In this document: positions 26,831 to 40,199 of the stretch, piece after piece
Numbering within the stretch: the first letter of the stretch is position 1
Layout: each line of letters begins with the position of its first letter
Source of the DNA: Octopus vulgaris
Lineage: Eukaryota
DNA: 64,000 bases
NCBI GenBank assembly: GCA_951406725.2
Contig: OX597820.1
Location: 62,186,001 to 62,250,000, forward strand
Direction: 5' to 3'
Translations under genes and position numbers: made by a program
The notes under the pieces: model-generated
Database searches by the model: none
The model's input: only the letters and a program-made list of their open reading frames with translations
Told to the model about the DNA's origin: nothing

Positions 26831-28855
26831 CATCATCATCCTTCATCCAGCCTATGGTTGGTCAGAACTCCATTGACAATCCCTTTCCACACTACACAGT
26901 TCTGCATTGCTGTGTTCAAATCTCTGATATTCAGTCCTGAGTCCCGAGATATAGTATCTGGAAATGTCAGTTTCCTGGAGGAAACACTTACTGAGGGATG
27001 CCATAGTAGCAGGGATGAGATGACCTCTTTCTCTGCTCGATAACAGTGCCCAGCAAATTGTAGCCGTTTCTGCTTTAGCTTGAGGGATATTAGTATCAGA
27101 TTTCCATAGATGTTACTAAGTGTTGGGTGTCATCTCCAACTGATGTTCTGGAGAGCCGATAAGGTCCAGGTCTCTTCTCCATAGAGAAGGGTCGGCTCAA
27201 TCGGTGGTCTAAATATTATAACTTTTAATGTGGGTGGAAGGTTTGAGTTACAGACCTTATCAAGTCTGTTACATGCATCTGAAGCAAGAGATTTGCGGAT
27301 GCGAAAGTACTTTTGGGAGTCTACTATGTATGATCCAACATATTTGAAGTCGTCAACGATTTTGATTGATATATTATTGAGCGATTTAAATTCAGTTAAC
27401 TTGGAAGAGGTGGTGATAAACTCTGTCCTACTCTCGTTGCAGTATAAGCCGACCTGGGTTTGTTGTTTTCTCCAGTGGTTGTAACAAAGATTCTGCATCT
27501 TTAATACAATGGAATATCAACGTAAGATTGTCAGCAAAGTCAAGATCAGTTAAATATTGTGCACAATGCCGACTACTCTGGTGGGGTTTCAAAAAGAGCC
27601 CCTTTTCCTCCATACCGTCTCGGGAAATACGTAGAACATAGTCGAGAACAACGATGGATATGAAAGGAGCGAGCGTGTCACCCTGAAGAACACCTGCTTC
27701 AACTTCAAAGAAATCAGTCTCTCTACCAAGAGATATAACTGTGGCAATGGTGTTTGTGTACAGCGCTTTGATAGCATAAACAATCCTAGGAGGAATACCA
27801 TAGAGTGCAAGGATTTTAAACATAACATCTCTGCTGTTGGAATCAAATGCTTTGCGAAAGTCGACAAAACAGACTGGGACACACTTGTTAAACTTTTTAA
27901 TTTCTTCCAGCATGCGACGGAGAGCATTTGAGCAGCTGTTGCCCGGCCCCTCCTAAACCAATTCTGATTCTTACGAAGAAATGGATCAAGCATAGGTACA
28001 ATAAAACTAAGCAGAATTTTGTTATAAACGTTTGCTGCAATAGGGATCAGAGTAATTCCTCTATAATTTGGTGTACTTGTTAGATAACCTGTTTTGGGGG
28101 ACAAGGACAATTCCATCCTTCAACCAAGCTGATGGAGGCAAATGATGTGCATATGTGTCGTTGCAGAAACCTAGTATGGTTTCATGAAATATTGGATGTT
28201 TCTATAGTAATGTTGGTATGTTATCGAGTTCTGGAGGTTTATTGTTAGTAAAACTACTGAGAACTACTTTGAGCTCATCCAATGTGAAAAGGCCCGTGAT
28301 GATGTCTAATACATTAAATATTTAGTGTAGAGGAAGTGGAAGACCGTTAGTTTGCGGTGATTCTCCAAGAAGTTTCTGAAAGTAGGCAAACCAGTTGGCC
28401 TTGCGCTTCTCATAGGAACCACCTTCAAGCCTGATGGAGGGCTTAAATTTTCTTTCAGTTAGTGTTATTAATTTCCATATTGCAGCATGTTGCTTTGCAG
28501 TATGCAAGTTTGCAATTTTGTTAATCTCATCTAGAATGTAATCTGTTTCTACATTGGCATATGCCTCATCTTGTGTTCCTTGAGCTTTGGAAGCATCTTT
28601 GAAGTTATGTTTAGTGGGCCTCTGTTCATATTTAAGTTTCGATCTTTCTAGATGCTTCCTTGCTTCTCTCACACGGACATCTGCATGAATTGATCTGTGC
28701 TTTATTCTTTCTTTCTTGCGTAGTTTTGAAAGGGAAATTTCATCTGTGGCTTTTACGAGGTTATTATATTGTATTTCAATGTCGTCAGTGTGCTCTGAGA
28801 GCATTTCAAACCGCCGGTTTTCAACATCGGCAAAATGGCGTGCTATGTCTTTATC
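26831..28855 (-). mobile_element. 5'-truncated, frameshifted RTE-clade LINE (reverse transcriptase)
   Basis: NYRGITL, NQNWFRRGR, FVDFRKAFDS, GVLQGDTLAPF, DLDFADNL, FKYVGSYI, LLYGEETWTL. The (ATG)n tail is at 26831. Confidence 0.92.
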
Positions 28856-28860
28856 TACTG

Positions 28861-28893
<33 letters not shown>

Positions 28894-29127
28894 TTACTAC
28901 TGCCACCGCCACGACGACGACGACCACCACCACCACCACAACTACAACTACTACTACTACTACTACTGCCGTCACTACCACCAGTACCACCAACACTACT
29001 ACTGCTACTACTACTGCCGCTGCCGGCACCACCACCAACAACACTTCTACTACTACTACTAATACTGCTGCTGCTGCTGCTGCCACCACCGCCGCCGCCA
29101 ACACCATCACCACTACCACCACCATTA
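28856..29127. repeat. (CTA/CCA/CTG)n microsatellite
   Basis: Direct reading. It is the other half of the tract interrupted by the LINE. Confidence 0.9.
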
Positions 29128-29780
29128 CGAATGTTAATCACTGTTTCAGTCTTTCTTCCCCGGAGGACTGCAGTTCTCTTAAAGAAACGAAATGTGGAGC
29201 AACGAGTCTACCGCCTTAGTCTTCCTCGGTAGGAGTTGCCAATGATAACAGAGAAACGATTTAAATGCTGTGGCTTTATAATGGAACTGTTAACGCTGCT
29301 GATTGGTATGAATTCGTTTACTTATGTCGACTAATTTTATTTAGTCTAAAATGTTTAGTCTATAAAACTTTAGTAACAGCTGAGGCTAATACGCGGTGTT
29401 ACATAGGTTTATGTGCTATAAACTTCAAAAGATGATTATATAACCATGCTACCGCATTCAAATTTATGGAAACAATAAACTGTACTTCTTTGGAGTTTAA
29501 AAGACAAGAATCCTAAATATGTTATTCAATGATCAATTATTGCAAGTGCTTTATAATGGAGGTAATCTTAAATGTGGCTTTGGCTTGGAGAGATATTCCA
29601 CACCCTTACCTACAAATATGATCTATTAAACTGCAGCAATGAATTTGCGATACAATGTTTATATTGATATAGAAAAATTTCCAAATATTTTCCTGATATG
29701 TAGTATTAGGACTAATTCATTAAAATAAAGGGCAGACTTACATAACCCTTCTCTAATATTCCCCACTCGTGCACAGCAAT

Positions 29781-29832
<52 letters not shown>

Positions 29833-29906
29833 CGTGTATGATGTTCATCCCTGCAATCTTACTGTTCTTTAAACTATGTGTATGTGCATATACGTGTACG
29901 TTTTGA

Positions 29907-29965
<59 letters not shown>

Positions 29966-30032
29966 TTATCTAGCTAGCTAGCTAGTTATGTGTAAATACA
30001 CACCCACCCACACACACACATATATATATATA

Positions 30033-31040
30033 CTAGCATTAAATACCCGAGGTTACCGGGTCATAGTGCTAGTGCATGTATATATGTATATATATATATG
30101 TGTACATATTACATGTACATTTATATATATATACATCTACACATAAAATACAAAATACAAAGTTATATCTTGATATCGCTAGTGATAACAATACTCAAAA
30201 TATATAACAGACTGTATATATTGTATCTTGTCCTCCCTCTTGTATAGAAGTGTGGCTCCAACCCAGCCTACCTCTACTTCTGGTGGGGGAGGGGCATTTT
30301 AAATTTTTTTCCGGGACGTCCTACGTCCCACATATAGTGGTTGAAATAAAATATTTCCACTTTGCAAGTTCGAGTCGAGTACTCCCTTGCACGCTCCTTT
30401 GACTCGAACCTTGCTTCTATTGTGGCGAATTTACCGCCTCTGATTAGATATCTTTCATAGTCGCACCAAGACACTTTTCGAAGGTGCTTTCCTCCATGTG
30501 TTCAAATCTTTTTTCTCTACATTGTATACTTTATAGACAATAGTCTTTTCTTTAATTTAATTTTTTATTATCCATCTGGACTATTCCATTTCTGCACGCT
30601 AATTTTATTTTTAATTTATTCCGATTCATGTGAAATCACTTATTGAAGTTCAAGTCATTGATGCAATTTTATACCAATTGCTATTTTTACTTTTATTATG
30701 TTACGATTATATTATACTTTAGCTTGATTTTAATTATTACTTACTACATATAATTCAATTGTTATTATTATTTTATTGTTAAAGTGAAAGTATCTGACAT
30801 AAAATAGAGAAACGTTTTTGTTTCAATTTTAACACGTAATACTGAAATAGTGGAGAAGATATGATATTGCTATGGGCTCGCTCTAGGCAAGAAGTTGAAC
30901 ATTTTTTTGCCCATGAAACTACATAGACCCTGAGTAAGGCATGTGTAAAATTTGAATGAAATCGGTTGTGTAGTTCTCAAGTTTTAGGGAAACGCAGACA
31001 AACAGACAGACACACATTCTCAGTTTTATATATATAAAGA
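30033..31040 (-). mobile_element. Non-autonomous Helitron-like element, copy 1
   Basis: Minus strand has A|TC...subterminal hairpin...CTAG|T ends. It is closely similar to the reverse complement of 50471-51644. Confidence 0.85.
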
Positions 31041-31370
31041 TATATATATATGTACGCTTTCATAGATATATACATATATATTTATATGCATGTATATAGG
31101 CGCAGGCATGGCTGTGTGGTAAGATGCCTGAAAACAAATAAAGGAATAAAAGAAAGAATATATATATATACATGCTTATATATATGCCTATATCCATATA
31201 TGTCTATATACCTATATATATGGATATATACTTATATATGCAAATATATATGTATATATATATATATGTACATATAAATATTTGTATATATGCATATATA
31301 TATATCTATCTATATATAAGTATATGTGCATATAAATACTTGTATATATGTTTATATATACATACATTCA

Positions 31371-31423
<53 letters not shown>

Positions 31424-31611
31424 TTATACATATATACATATGTAGGTATACATATATGCATTTATATAAATATATATATATATATATACCTATATATATA
31501 TGTATACTCGTGTGTTATATATATATATATATATGTATTTTATATATGTATATATACGAAATATATATATATACATATGCATTCGTGTATATGCGTGTTG
31601 TGTGTTGTCTG

Positions 31612-31654
<43 letters not shown>

Positions 31655-32747
31655 CGCGTTTCTGTGTGTAGAGAGCCGTCTTTTACATTATAGAGAATAG
31701 GTATGTATGAGTTGATATTTAAAAACAAATAAATCTCATTTTGTCTGACTATAGTTCAGTAAATGTTAGAGTCCTACACTCTTAAATCATTGAAATGTGT
31801 TTAGTATTACTGACAACTTGACCCGAAGATTATTGCAAAGAACCCCGAGGGATAGTATTAGCTTTCATATCAAACATTAATATCAGATATATATAGTAGT
31901 TTATAAATTATTGGAGAGGGACGTATTTTAACCATTGCACTGTCACCCTGCTTATTGTGTAACATCGTCCATTTTGACTCCCAAGCATTTCACGTGTATC
32001 CTTATCTTTGCACACTTCAAGGATTGAGAGATGCAACATATAAACCTATGGTAAATCGTTGAAAGATACAAACATAGAAAAATAACAGGTTTCTCCTTGA
32101 ATAAGACTGCCATTTTGAAATAAACCTTTAAGAAAAAGAAAAGTCAAATTTTCCTCAAATCGTACCCTTTGGTTTTAAGGAAAATGAAATTGTAGACAAG
32201 ATGCTATGGAAAGCTTAGATATTATTACACAAGATATTCACGGCTACGATGGCTTTACTCCTAGTTCCGATGTATCAGGGCCGACGTGGGGTTAAAGATC
32301 AGCTTACCAGTATAACAGTAATAGAGGAAATAAGGATTGGACGAAAAGGAAGATACGACCTAGTATATGGATTTTCTAAAAATGACTACCGAATATGCCT
32401 CAAATGAAATTTCTATGCTTTAACTCTCTACAAAGTATATTTTCAGTTGGATGTAGTGTACCTGAAAATATTTCAAAAGAAACCAGGAAACCACTCCAGC
32501 CCCATTGATTATAGGTTTCTGAATACAAAGCAGAAATGGGCCAGTTATTGCTGTTAAATAACAAACTTTAACTGTGTATTTGGTAACAACAAACTTACCA
32601 AATACACAAATGAAATAAATAAATACTAAAGTTATTTCATTACTTACTCTCTTCCGGACAAAGTTGTGACAGTCATGGCTGAAAGGACTTTGATCATAAA
32701 TCTGTTAAGTGAAGGTTAAGCCTGAACAATAACAACAACAGCAGCAG

Positions 32748-32929
32748 TGGAGGCGCAATGGCCCAGTGGTTATAGCAGTGGACTCGCGGTCGTAAGAATG
32801 CGGTTTCGATTCCCCGACAGGGCAATGTGAATGTTTATTGAGCAAAACCACCTAAGCTCCGGAGGGGGCGGGCTGAACCCCGCTGTACTCTTTCACCATA
32901 ATATTCTCTCACTCTTACTTCCTACTTCT
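32748..32929 (+). mobile_element. tRNA-derived SINE, family 3
   Basis: A box TGGCCCAGTGG and B box GGTTTCGATTCCC, followed by a non-tRNA body. Confidence 0.75.
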
Positions 32930-33240
32930 ATCACAAAGCAGAGGAACCATGGTGCAACCCACTATGGTGTGGTAAACTTTCAGACCATAGTCTAGATTGC
33001 GAATCCTCTGTACCCCAGGATGATTCAGGCTCTCCACCCGTTAAAAACCACCGTTTACAGAATGAGGATATCAACGTAGCTTTCGTGCCCGTGCAACCGC
33101 CAGTCTATCGCGTGTGGTGGGTGGATCTTCAAGATGCCAAACGCATTCTTAGTAGCATAGAGTAGGCTCGAATTAGAGATTATTCTTTGTGGCTAATGGC
33201 GTGAGTCCTGATTGGAAGAAAAAGAAGAAGAAGAAGAAGA
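32930..33240 (+). mobile_element. Short GC-richer retroposon-like insert with a (GAA)n tail
   Basis: Two hairpins near the 5' end (CTATGGT/ACCATAG and GAATC/GATTC), ending in GAAGAAAAAGAAGAAGAAG. Confidence 0.4.
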
Positions 33241-34152
33241 CAACACAGGAACAATAGCAACAATAATGACAACAACATAAACAAAGCAAAATAAAAACAA
33301 TAAGCGCAAGACAACACATCAGATAGCTGTGTAGAGGGGACGTGGCAGAATACGTACTCCATATTTATTTTTTTGTTTTTTGTCGTTTCGAGGAATATGA
33401 ATAGCAAAGTCATCTTTAGTGAGATTTGAACCTACAATATATACAGACAGGCATTCAAAAAAACAAAAACAAAAAAAAAATCAACGAAATATTTTAGATA
33501 GCTTTCTATCGATTCCGCCATTTAATATCGAGTTAATGTTTATTATATAAATGGTTTCTAGCATAGGTTCAAAGCGATGCATTTCAGAGAAAGGTGTTTG
33601 TATATACTATAGTCCATTATATCGGCTCTTAGTGCTTGACCGTAACAACAAAAAGAGAGGAATATGATGATGATGATAATGATGATCATGATGATCATGG
33701 TAATGACATGGGCGGTAGCAGGGGAGGAGATGGAGAATTGCTATGTTGGGAATGTCAGGAAGAGTCAACGTTGAAGCGTTACCTAGCTTAACTACGGAAT
33801 TATATAATCAAATATCATTACTTAACACGGCCACCTTGCTCTATGGTGTATTATCAAAGTAAAACTGTATGACACATCATCTGTGTATGTGTGTGTCAGT
33901 GTGGAGAGAGAGAGAGAGAGAGAGAAAAAGAGAAAGTGACAGAGAGAGAGCGAGAGAAAGCGAAAGAGAGTGAGGTAAAAGAGGGAAGGAGAGAAAGAGA
34001 GAGGGAAGAGAGAGAGAGAGAGAGCGGAAGAGAGTAAGTTTTATATAAATGTATGTGTTGATGTGTACGTTTGTATATATATATATATATATATATATAT
34101 TCACACATACACACATACACGCATATATACACACACGGAGATATGCTTATAT

Positions 34153-34187
<35 letters not shown>

Positions 34188-34867
34188 TATATATATGCCT
34201 ATATGCATATATGCTCGTGTTAATATATACGTGCTTATCTATATTTGTCCATGTGTGTGGGTGCGTGTCCACACATACGCACATACACACACAAACTCAA
34301 GCACGCAGACTTTGACATTCATCACAAAACGATACCCAGACTCTCAGTGAAACCAATCAAATAACTACATCTATAAAAGTATACTTAATTCTATTATACC
34401 ATCATAAGTATATACGCACACACCTACAGTCATACAAAGTGCAAACGTAAACTCGATTATACACTTTCAATTCAACCTATCTCATAACAAAGACGATACA
34501 GATTCACCTCCTATTATATAGTTTAGTATTATCCACACGCATAGGAATTTGTTTCGTATACATACATTCAGAGTCTATACTTACTAATACTACTAAACGT
34601 AGTATCTGGTAGATCCGCAAGCGATGGTTGTGTGGTTAGACTCCCTTGTTATCTTCTTTTACAGTGACAGATATAACCCTGTGGTTAGAAGATTTGTTTC
34701 GAAAACATACAGTTCAACAACGCGCGATAAAATGCATGTTTTCGTATATACAATGACGTAGGCATTCAAAGTTGTTACATAAAGCTTACTATACACACAC
34801 GAGCATACTCTTACTATCTCACCCGCTCCCTTTCACACATACATGCATACATACATACATACATATA

Positions 34868-35005
34868 TGTGTTCGTTTCTGTGGAAGAGCGCAGGCTCGA
34901 AACATTAAAGACATTTTCACTTCCTGAGCATTAAACTAATACATCTGTTTGTTGTCTACACCAAGTGTGTTCGTCTTTTGTTTGTTTTTTTGTGAATTCT
35001 CCCTA
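34868..35005 (+). mobile_element. Family A-related hammerhead-like element, copy 3
   Basis: TTT-CTGTGGA-A-GAGC-GCAG-GCTC-GAA-ACAT-T-AAAG, then CTGAGC..CTAATAC. It lies between CA/TA tracts and has a variant core (A6U). Confidence 0.55.
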
Positions 35006-35647
35006 AACATACACACACACACTCACACACATATATATATATATATATACATATATAAATTATACATACATATATATATGTATGTGTGTACATATATATA
35101 TATAACATAAATACTTACATACATACATACATATATGTGTGTGTGTGTGTGAGTCTGTGTGTATGTGTTTGTATGTGTGTGTGCGTGTGTGTGAGTGCGT
35201 GCGTGTTTATGTGTGTGTGATCACCCCTCCAAGGTAGTACCCCAGCATGGCCACAGTCACACGACTGAAACAAGTAAAAATAGTAAAAAACATTACTAAG
35301 ATACTTATGTTAGTGTCTTAGTGACGTATTGATTCAGTTGGTCGCTTATAGTCTGCTGAGATGCGTTCACGTTTAGCAGAAATTAGCCTCGCCAGTGGTT
35401 ACAATTTGCTAATGAAAAAATGTAATCTTCTATCTGTAGAACGCACGCCAAAATGTCGAGATCTATTTTACGAAAAGAATAGCGTCCTCAACACCTAAAA
35501 ATTTAGTAACCTATGATACTATTTATAATTGCGCACATATAGAAAATAACTGGTTCCATTGTTAACATGAGCCGAAGTAAGCGATAACTAGCAACCGTTC
35601 AAAACAAATCAGAAACGAGAAATGAGGCAATAAGATTATTTGCTCTA

Positions 35648-36170
35648 AGGCGGCGAGCTGGCAGAAACGTTAGCACGCAGGGCGAAATGCCAGGCGGTAT
35701 TTCGTCTGCCGTTACGTTCTGAGTTCAAATTCCGCCGAGGTCGACTTTGCCTTTCATCCTTTCGGTGTCGATAAATTAAGTACCAGTTACGCACTGGGGT
35801 CGATATAATCGACTTCATCCGTTTGTTTGTCCTTGTTTGTCCCTTCTGTGTTTGTCCCTTGTGGGTAGTATTCTGCCGAGGTCGACTTTGCCTTTCATCC
35901 TTACGGGGTCGATAATTTAAGTACCAGTTTCGTACTGTGGTCGATCTAATCGACTGACCCCTTTCCCAAAATTTTTGGGCTTTGTACCTAGAGTAGAAAA
36001 GATATGTTAGTACACCAGACGAAATGCTTAGCAGTATTTCGTCTGTCTTCATGTTCTGAGTTCAAATTGCGGTGAGGTCGACTTTGCCTTTCATCTTTTC
36101 GGGGTTGATAAATTAAATACCAGTTGCATACTGGGGTCGATCTAATCGACTGGCTCCCACCCCAACATTT
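35648..36170 (+). mobile_element. SINE family 2 (tRNA head plus Meta/MESC-like central domain): one near-full copy followed by two partial copies
   Basis: GGCGGCGAGCTGGCAGAAACGTTAGC..., GAGTTCAAATTCC, and GACTTTGCCTTTCATC..GGGGTCGATAAATTAAGTACCAG three times. Confidence 0.88.
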
Positions 36171-36399
36171 CAAAACAAGTACTTTTCTTGAACATCTAAA
36201 GATGTAAACAGGAAAAACGGCCAGTCTGTAAATTCAGTTCTCCATTAACTATATACATTAAATATATTTTATTGACCTAGGAAATTTACCGCTCATCTTT
36301 CTGATATTTACCGTTCATCCTTCTGAAATTTACCGCTCATCTTAACGCTTGTTCCTGAGCTGCGCATATGAGTGCTTCTATCTCTATCTCCAGGTCACT

Positions 36400-36780
36400 C
36401 CTCCTCATCCATAGCCACCGGTTTTCTGTATCTGTCTTGCAAACTGACCGTCCCTTTTCTTTTCCTTCCATGCTTTTTTCTGTTTTTTTGTTCATTTTTT
36501 GTTTATAATGTTCCTTTAGTTACACAATTTTCAGTGTTAATGACGCCAGCTTTCTTCGTGTATTTCAACAGTGGCTCCTCAGCGTTTTTTATATACCAAG
36601 TTGGCTGTTTTCTTCTGCTGCGATACAGTCCTGGCAACTGATCAAATATATCTTACCCTTTCTTCTGGACAAGTACAGTCTATTGGTGTCACCCTTAGGG
36701 TACTGCCACCAATGTTCTGGTCTTGGTATCCATTTTGTTCACTTCTCTCTTTTGCCATTTTATAATTCCCGCTCCATACC
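36400..36780 (-). pseudogene. R4/Dong-clade non-LTR retrotransposon RT C-terminal fragment
   Basis: Minus strand reads YGAGIIKW..EVNKMDTKTR...PKGDTNRLYLSRRKG...CIAAEENS..WYIKNAEEPLL. Confidence 0.7.
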
Positions 36781-36781
36781 T

Positions 36782-37002
36782 ATTTCTTTACTACCCACAA
36801 GGGGCTAAACACAGAGGGGACAAACAAGGACAGACATAGGTATTAAGTCGATTACATCGACCCCAGTGCGTAACTGGTACTTAATTTATCGACCCCGAAA
36901 GGATGAAAGGCAAAGTCGACCTCGGCGGAATTTGAACTCACAACGTAACGCAGACGAAATACCGCTAAGCATTTCGCCCGGCGTGCTAACGTTTCTGCCA
37001 GC
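36782..37002 (-). mobile_element. SINE family 2, near full length
   Basis: Reverse complement of 35648-35870. Confidence 0.9.
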
Positions 37003-37095
37003 TCACGTATTAACTGCTTGGATTTTATTCCATCCTGTCAATTTTGAGCGCAACTTTAACTTCTGTCTTCGACTCCATCCTCCGTTGCTTTTTCC

Positions 37096-37135
<40 letters not shown>

Positions 37136-37137
37136 TA

Positions 37138-37350
37138 CTCTTTTACTTGATTCAGTCATTTGATTGTGGCCATGCTGGAGCACCGCCTTTAGTCGAGCAC
37201 ATCGACGCCAGGACTTATTCTTTGTAAGCCTAGTACTTATTCTATCGGTCTCTTTTGCCGAACCGCTAAGTTACGGGGACATATACACACCAGCATCGGT
37301 TGTCAAGAGACGTTGGGGGGGGACAAACACAGACACACAAACATATACAT

Positions 37351-37385
<35 letters not shown>

Positions 37386-37390
37386 TACAT

Positions 37391-37438
<48 letters not shown>

Positions 37439-37462
37439 GACGGGCTTCTTTCAGTTTCCGTC
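37138..37462 (-). mobile_element. SINE family 1, 3' two-thirds
   Basis: Reverse complement of 37750-38030. Confidence 0.88.
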
Positions 37463-37508
<46 letters not shown>

Positions 37509-37657
37509 GTTTTTATAGCGTGCTTTCACTTCACTACCGAGCGCAGCTCTGTGTGCCTTGGGTATGTGCTGTGATTTGTTGTGATGCTCTGATGGTCACT
37601 GTATTGAAAGTGTTTTGTGTAGGATGTAGTGCAATTTTCTGTATGTTATTTGTATTA
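37463..37657 (-). mobile_element. R4/Dong-like 3' end with a (TAA)n tail
   Basis: Minus strand reads NIQKIAL...(H)IL.KTLSIQ*, then a 3'UTR, then (TAA)n at 37463-37508. Confidence 0.6.
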
Positions 37658-37692
37658 TCATCATCATCATCATCATTATCATCATCATTATA

Positions 37693-38030
37693 TGGGCAAG
37701 TGTCTTCTACTATAGCCTCGGGCCGACCAAAGCCTTACGAGAGGATTTGGTAGACGGAAACTGAAAGAATCCCGTCGTATATATGCATATGTATATATAT
37801 ATATGTGTGTGCGCGCGCGCGCGCGTATGTCTGTGTTTGTCCCCGCAACATCGCTTGACAACCGATGCTGGTGTGTTTACGTCCCCGTAACTTAGAGGTT
37901 CAGTAAAAGAGGCCGATAGAATAAGTACTAGGCTTACAAAGAATAAGTCCTGGAGTCGATTTCCTCGATTAAAGGCGGTGCTCCGGCATGGCCGCAGTCA
38001 AATGACTAAAACAAGTAAAAGAGTAAAGAG
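37693..38030 (+). mobile_element. SINE family 1, 5'-truncated
   Basis: Runs from GGGCAAGTGTCTTCTACTATAGCCTCGG to AAGTAAAAGAGTAAAGAG. Confidence 0.9.
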
Positions 38031-38925
38031 TGGCATTTCCTCTGGCTCGTTACGTACTGAGTTCAAATACTGCAGGAGTCAACTTTATCCTTCATCCTTT
38101 CAAACTCAATAATAGAAGTATTAGTTGGACAATGGGGTCGATGCAATCGACTAACCCCCTCCCACCAACATTTGAAGCCCTAAAACCTACATTAGATAGG
38201 ACAATTGTTATCATTTTTGTGGTTGTTGTTGCTGTAAATATTGTTGTTGTTATCGTTATTATTATTATTGATTGTTGACTGACATGGAACTGGCTTCAGA
38301 ATTTTGTACAGAATTGTAGCTAAAACCATATCATCTTATAGGTTCTGTCTTAGGTTTACTTTAACGCCAAGTTGAGAAGACAGATCTTCATAGAATCCGT
38401 TCGCCATATTGATAAATTTATTTCGCTGGCAGTCCAAGAGAGGAATTCTGGCTCCTTGTTGTTTCTGAAATTTGCTTGACCACGCACAACATGGAATATA
38501 GATGAGAAATGTTATATCATCAAGGGTTAAAGAGACATGGACGCTGACAGGTTTCGGATAAGTGCATGATCGTTTCGAGTGATCATTTGCAATTTAATAC
38601 TGCAAACAATCTGCAACGACCACTGCAAATGCAAATAGAGACAACTGCAAAAAACAAAAACAAAAACAAACATGCAAGATCGTCATTATCTATAATGGTC
38701 GTAACAGCAACTTTGAAACATAGCAACAGGAACACTAGAAAGAGCAGGAAAGTAGCAACGGCAGCTAGAGTAATGACAATATAGTCACAACAGCTACATT
38801 GCTAATCAAAATATAAAAAAAAATCAAAACAAAAAACAAAACAAAAGAGAATCGCTTTATAGGATAAGCGACGCAAGATGCAAAATAGAAGCACAATTGT
38901 GATCATTATTAGCACCAACAAATAA

Positions 38926-39350
38926 GGCTGCGTGATGGCAGAATCGTTTGTACGCCAGGTGAAATTCTTAGTCTTCATGTTCTGAGTTCAAATGCTGCCG
39001 GGGTCGACTTTGCCTTTCATCTTTTCTGGGTCAATAAATTAAGTACCATTTATGCACTGGGGTTGATGTAATCGAGTTATCCCGTCCCGCCAAATTCCAG
39101 GCCTTGTGCTTATTGCAGAAAGGATTATTAGCACCAACAAATAAAGTGGAGAGCTGGCAGAATTGTTAGCACGCCGAGCAAAATGTTTCGCTGTATTTTA
39201 TCCGTCTTTAAGGTCTGAGTTCAAATGCCGCCGAGGCCGATTTTGCCTTTCATCCATTCAGGGTCAATTAAATAAGTACCAGTTATACATTAGATAGATG
39301 TAATCAACAAGCCCCCACCACAACCCGGAAAAAAATCCAGGCCTTGTGTC
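38926..39350 (+). mobile_element. Two tandem SINE family 2 copies; the first is flanked by a 21-bp direct repeat
   Basis: ATTATTAGCACCAACAAATAA occurs at 38905-38925 and 39124-39144. Confidence 0.85.
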
Positions 39351-39522
39351 TATATCTCTGTGTAGCGGCTGCTTTTCACAGTTATTCTTCTGTGTCTTCA
39401 ATTTCTAAACATATATATATATATATATATGGTGTCCTGTATTCATATATGCGTGTATATGTACATGTAGAGGTAGGTAGTACATATATGTTTATATATA
39501 TGCATATGTTTTATTTTATTTA

Positions 39523-39566
<44 letters not shown>

Positions 39567-39573
39567 TAAAACA

Positions 39574-39621
<48 letters not shown>

Positions 39622-39845
39622 TGTTTTACTTGTTTCAATCATGTGACTACGGCCATGCTGGAGCACCGTCATAAAGGGTTTTAGTCGAAAACCGACCCCA
39701 GGGCTTATTATATCGATCCATTTAAGAACACCCCAGCATCGATTGACAAGCGATGGCGGGGGTACGAACACAGAGACTCACGCATACGCAACCACATACG
39801 TACACACACACACACACGCACACGCACACACATACACAAACACAA

Positions 39846-39881
<36 letters not shown>

Positions 39882-40020
39882 GTATATACGATGTGCTACT
39901 TTCAATTTCTGCCTACCAGATCTCATGAAAGTTATTTGGCCCGTCCAAGGCTATAGTAGAAGAGACTTGCCTAAGGTAACAAAAAGTGGCAGTGAATAGG
40001 GAGCCGTATCGTTGGGGGCT
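39622..40020 (-). mobile_element. SINE family 1, decayed
   Basis: TTTTACTTGTTTCAATCA...GGCCATGCTGGAGCACCG...GCTATAGTAGAAGAGACTTGCC. Confidence 0.8.
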
Positions 40021-40035
40021 GTGATAAACGCTTAT

Positions 40036-40104
40036 TACTTAGCCTTCGGTATTTGTATACTACTTCACCCCTTTTTTACAATTATCTTACTCGTATATAT
40101 TACT

Positions 40105-40142
<38 letters not shown>

Positions 40143-40199
40143 AGTAAGGGCATAATTGTAAAAAAAGGGGTGAAGTAGTATACAAATACCGAAGGCTAA

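Noticed and set aside
28322-29232. 267-aa ORF and overlapping ORFs as a host gene
   Set aside because: They are a trinucleotide repeat fused by chance to LINE coding sequence.
32748-32825. tRNA gene
   Set aside because: It has A/B boxes but no acceptor-stem pairing and continues into a SINE body. The same applies to 49880.
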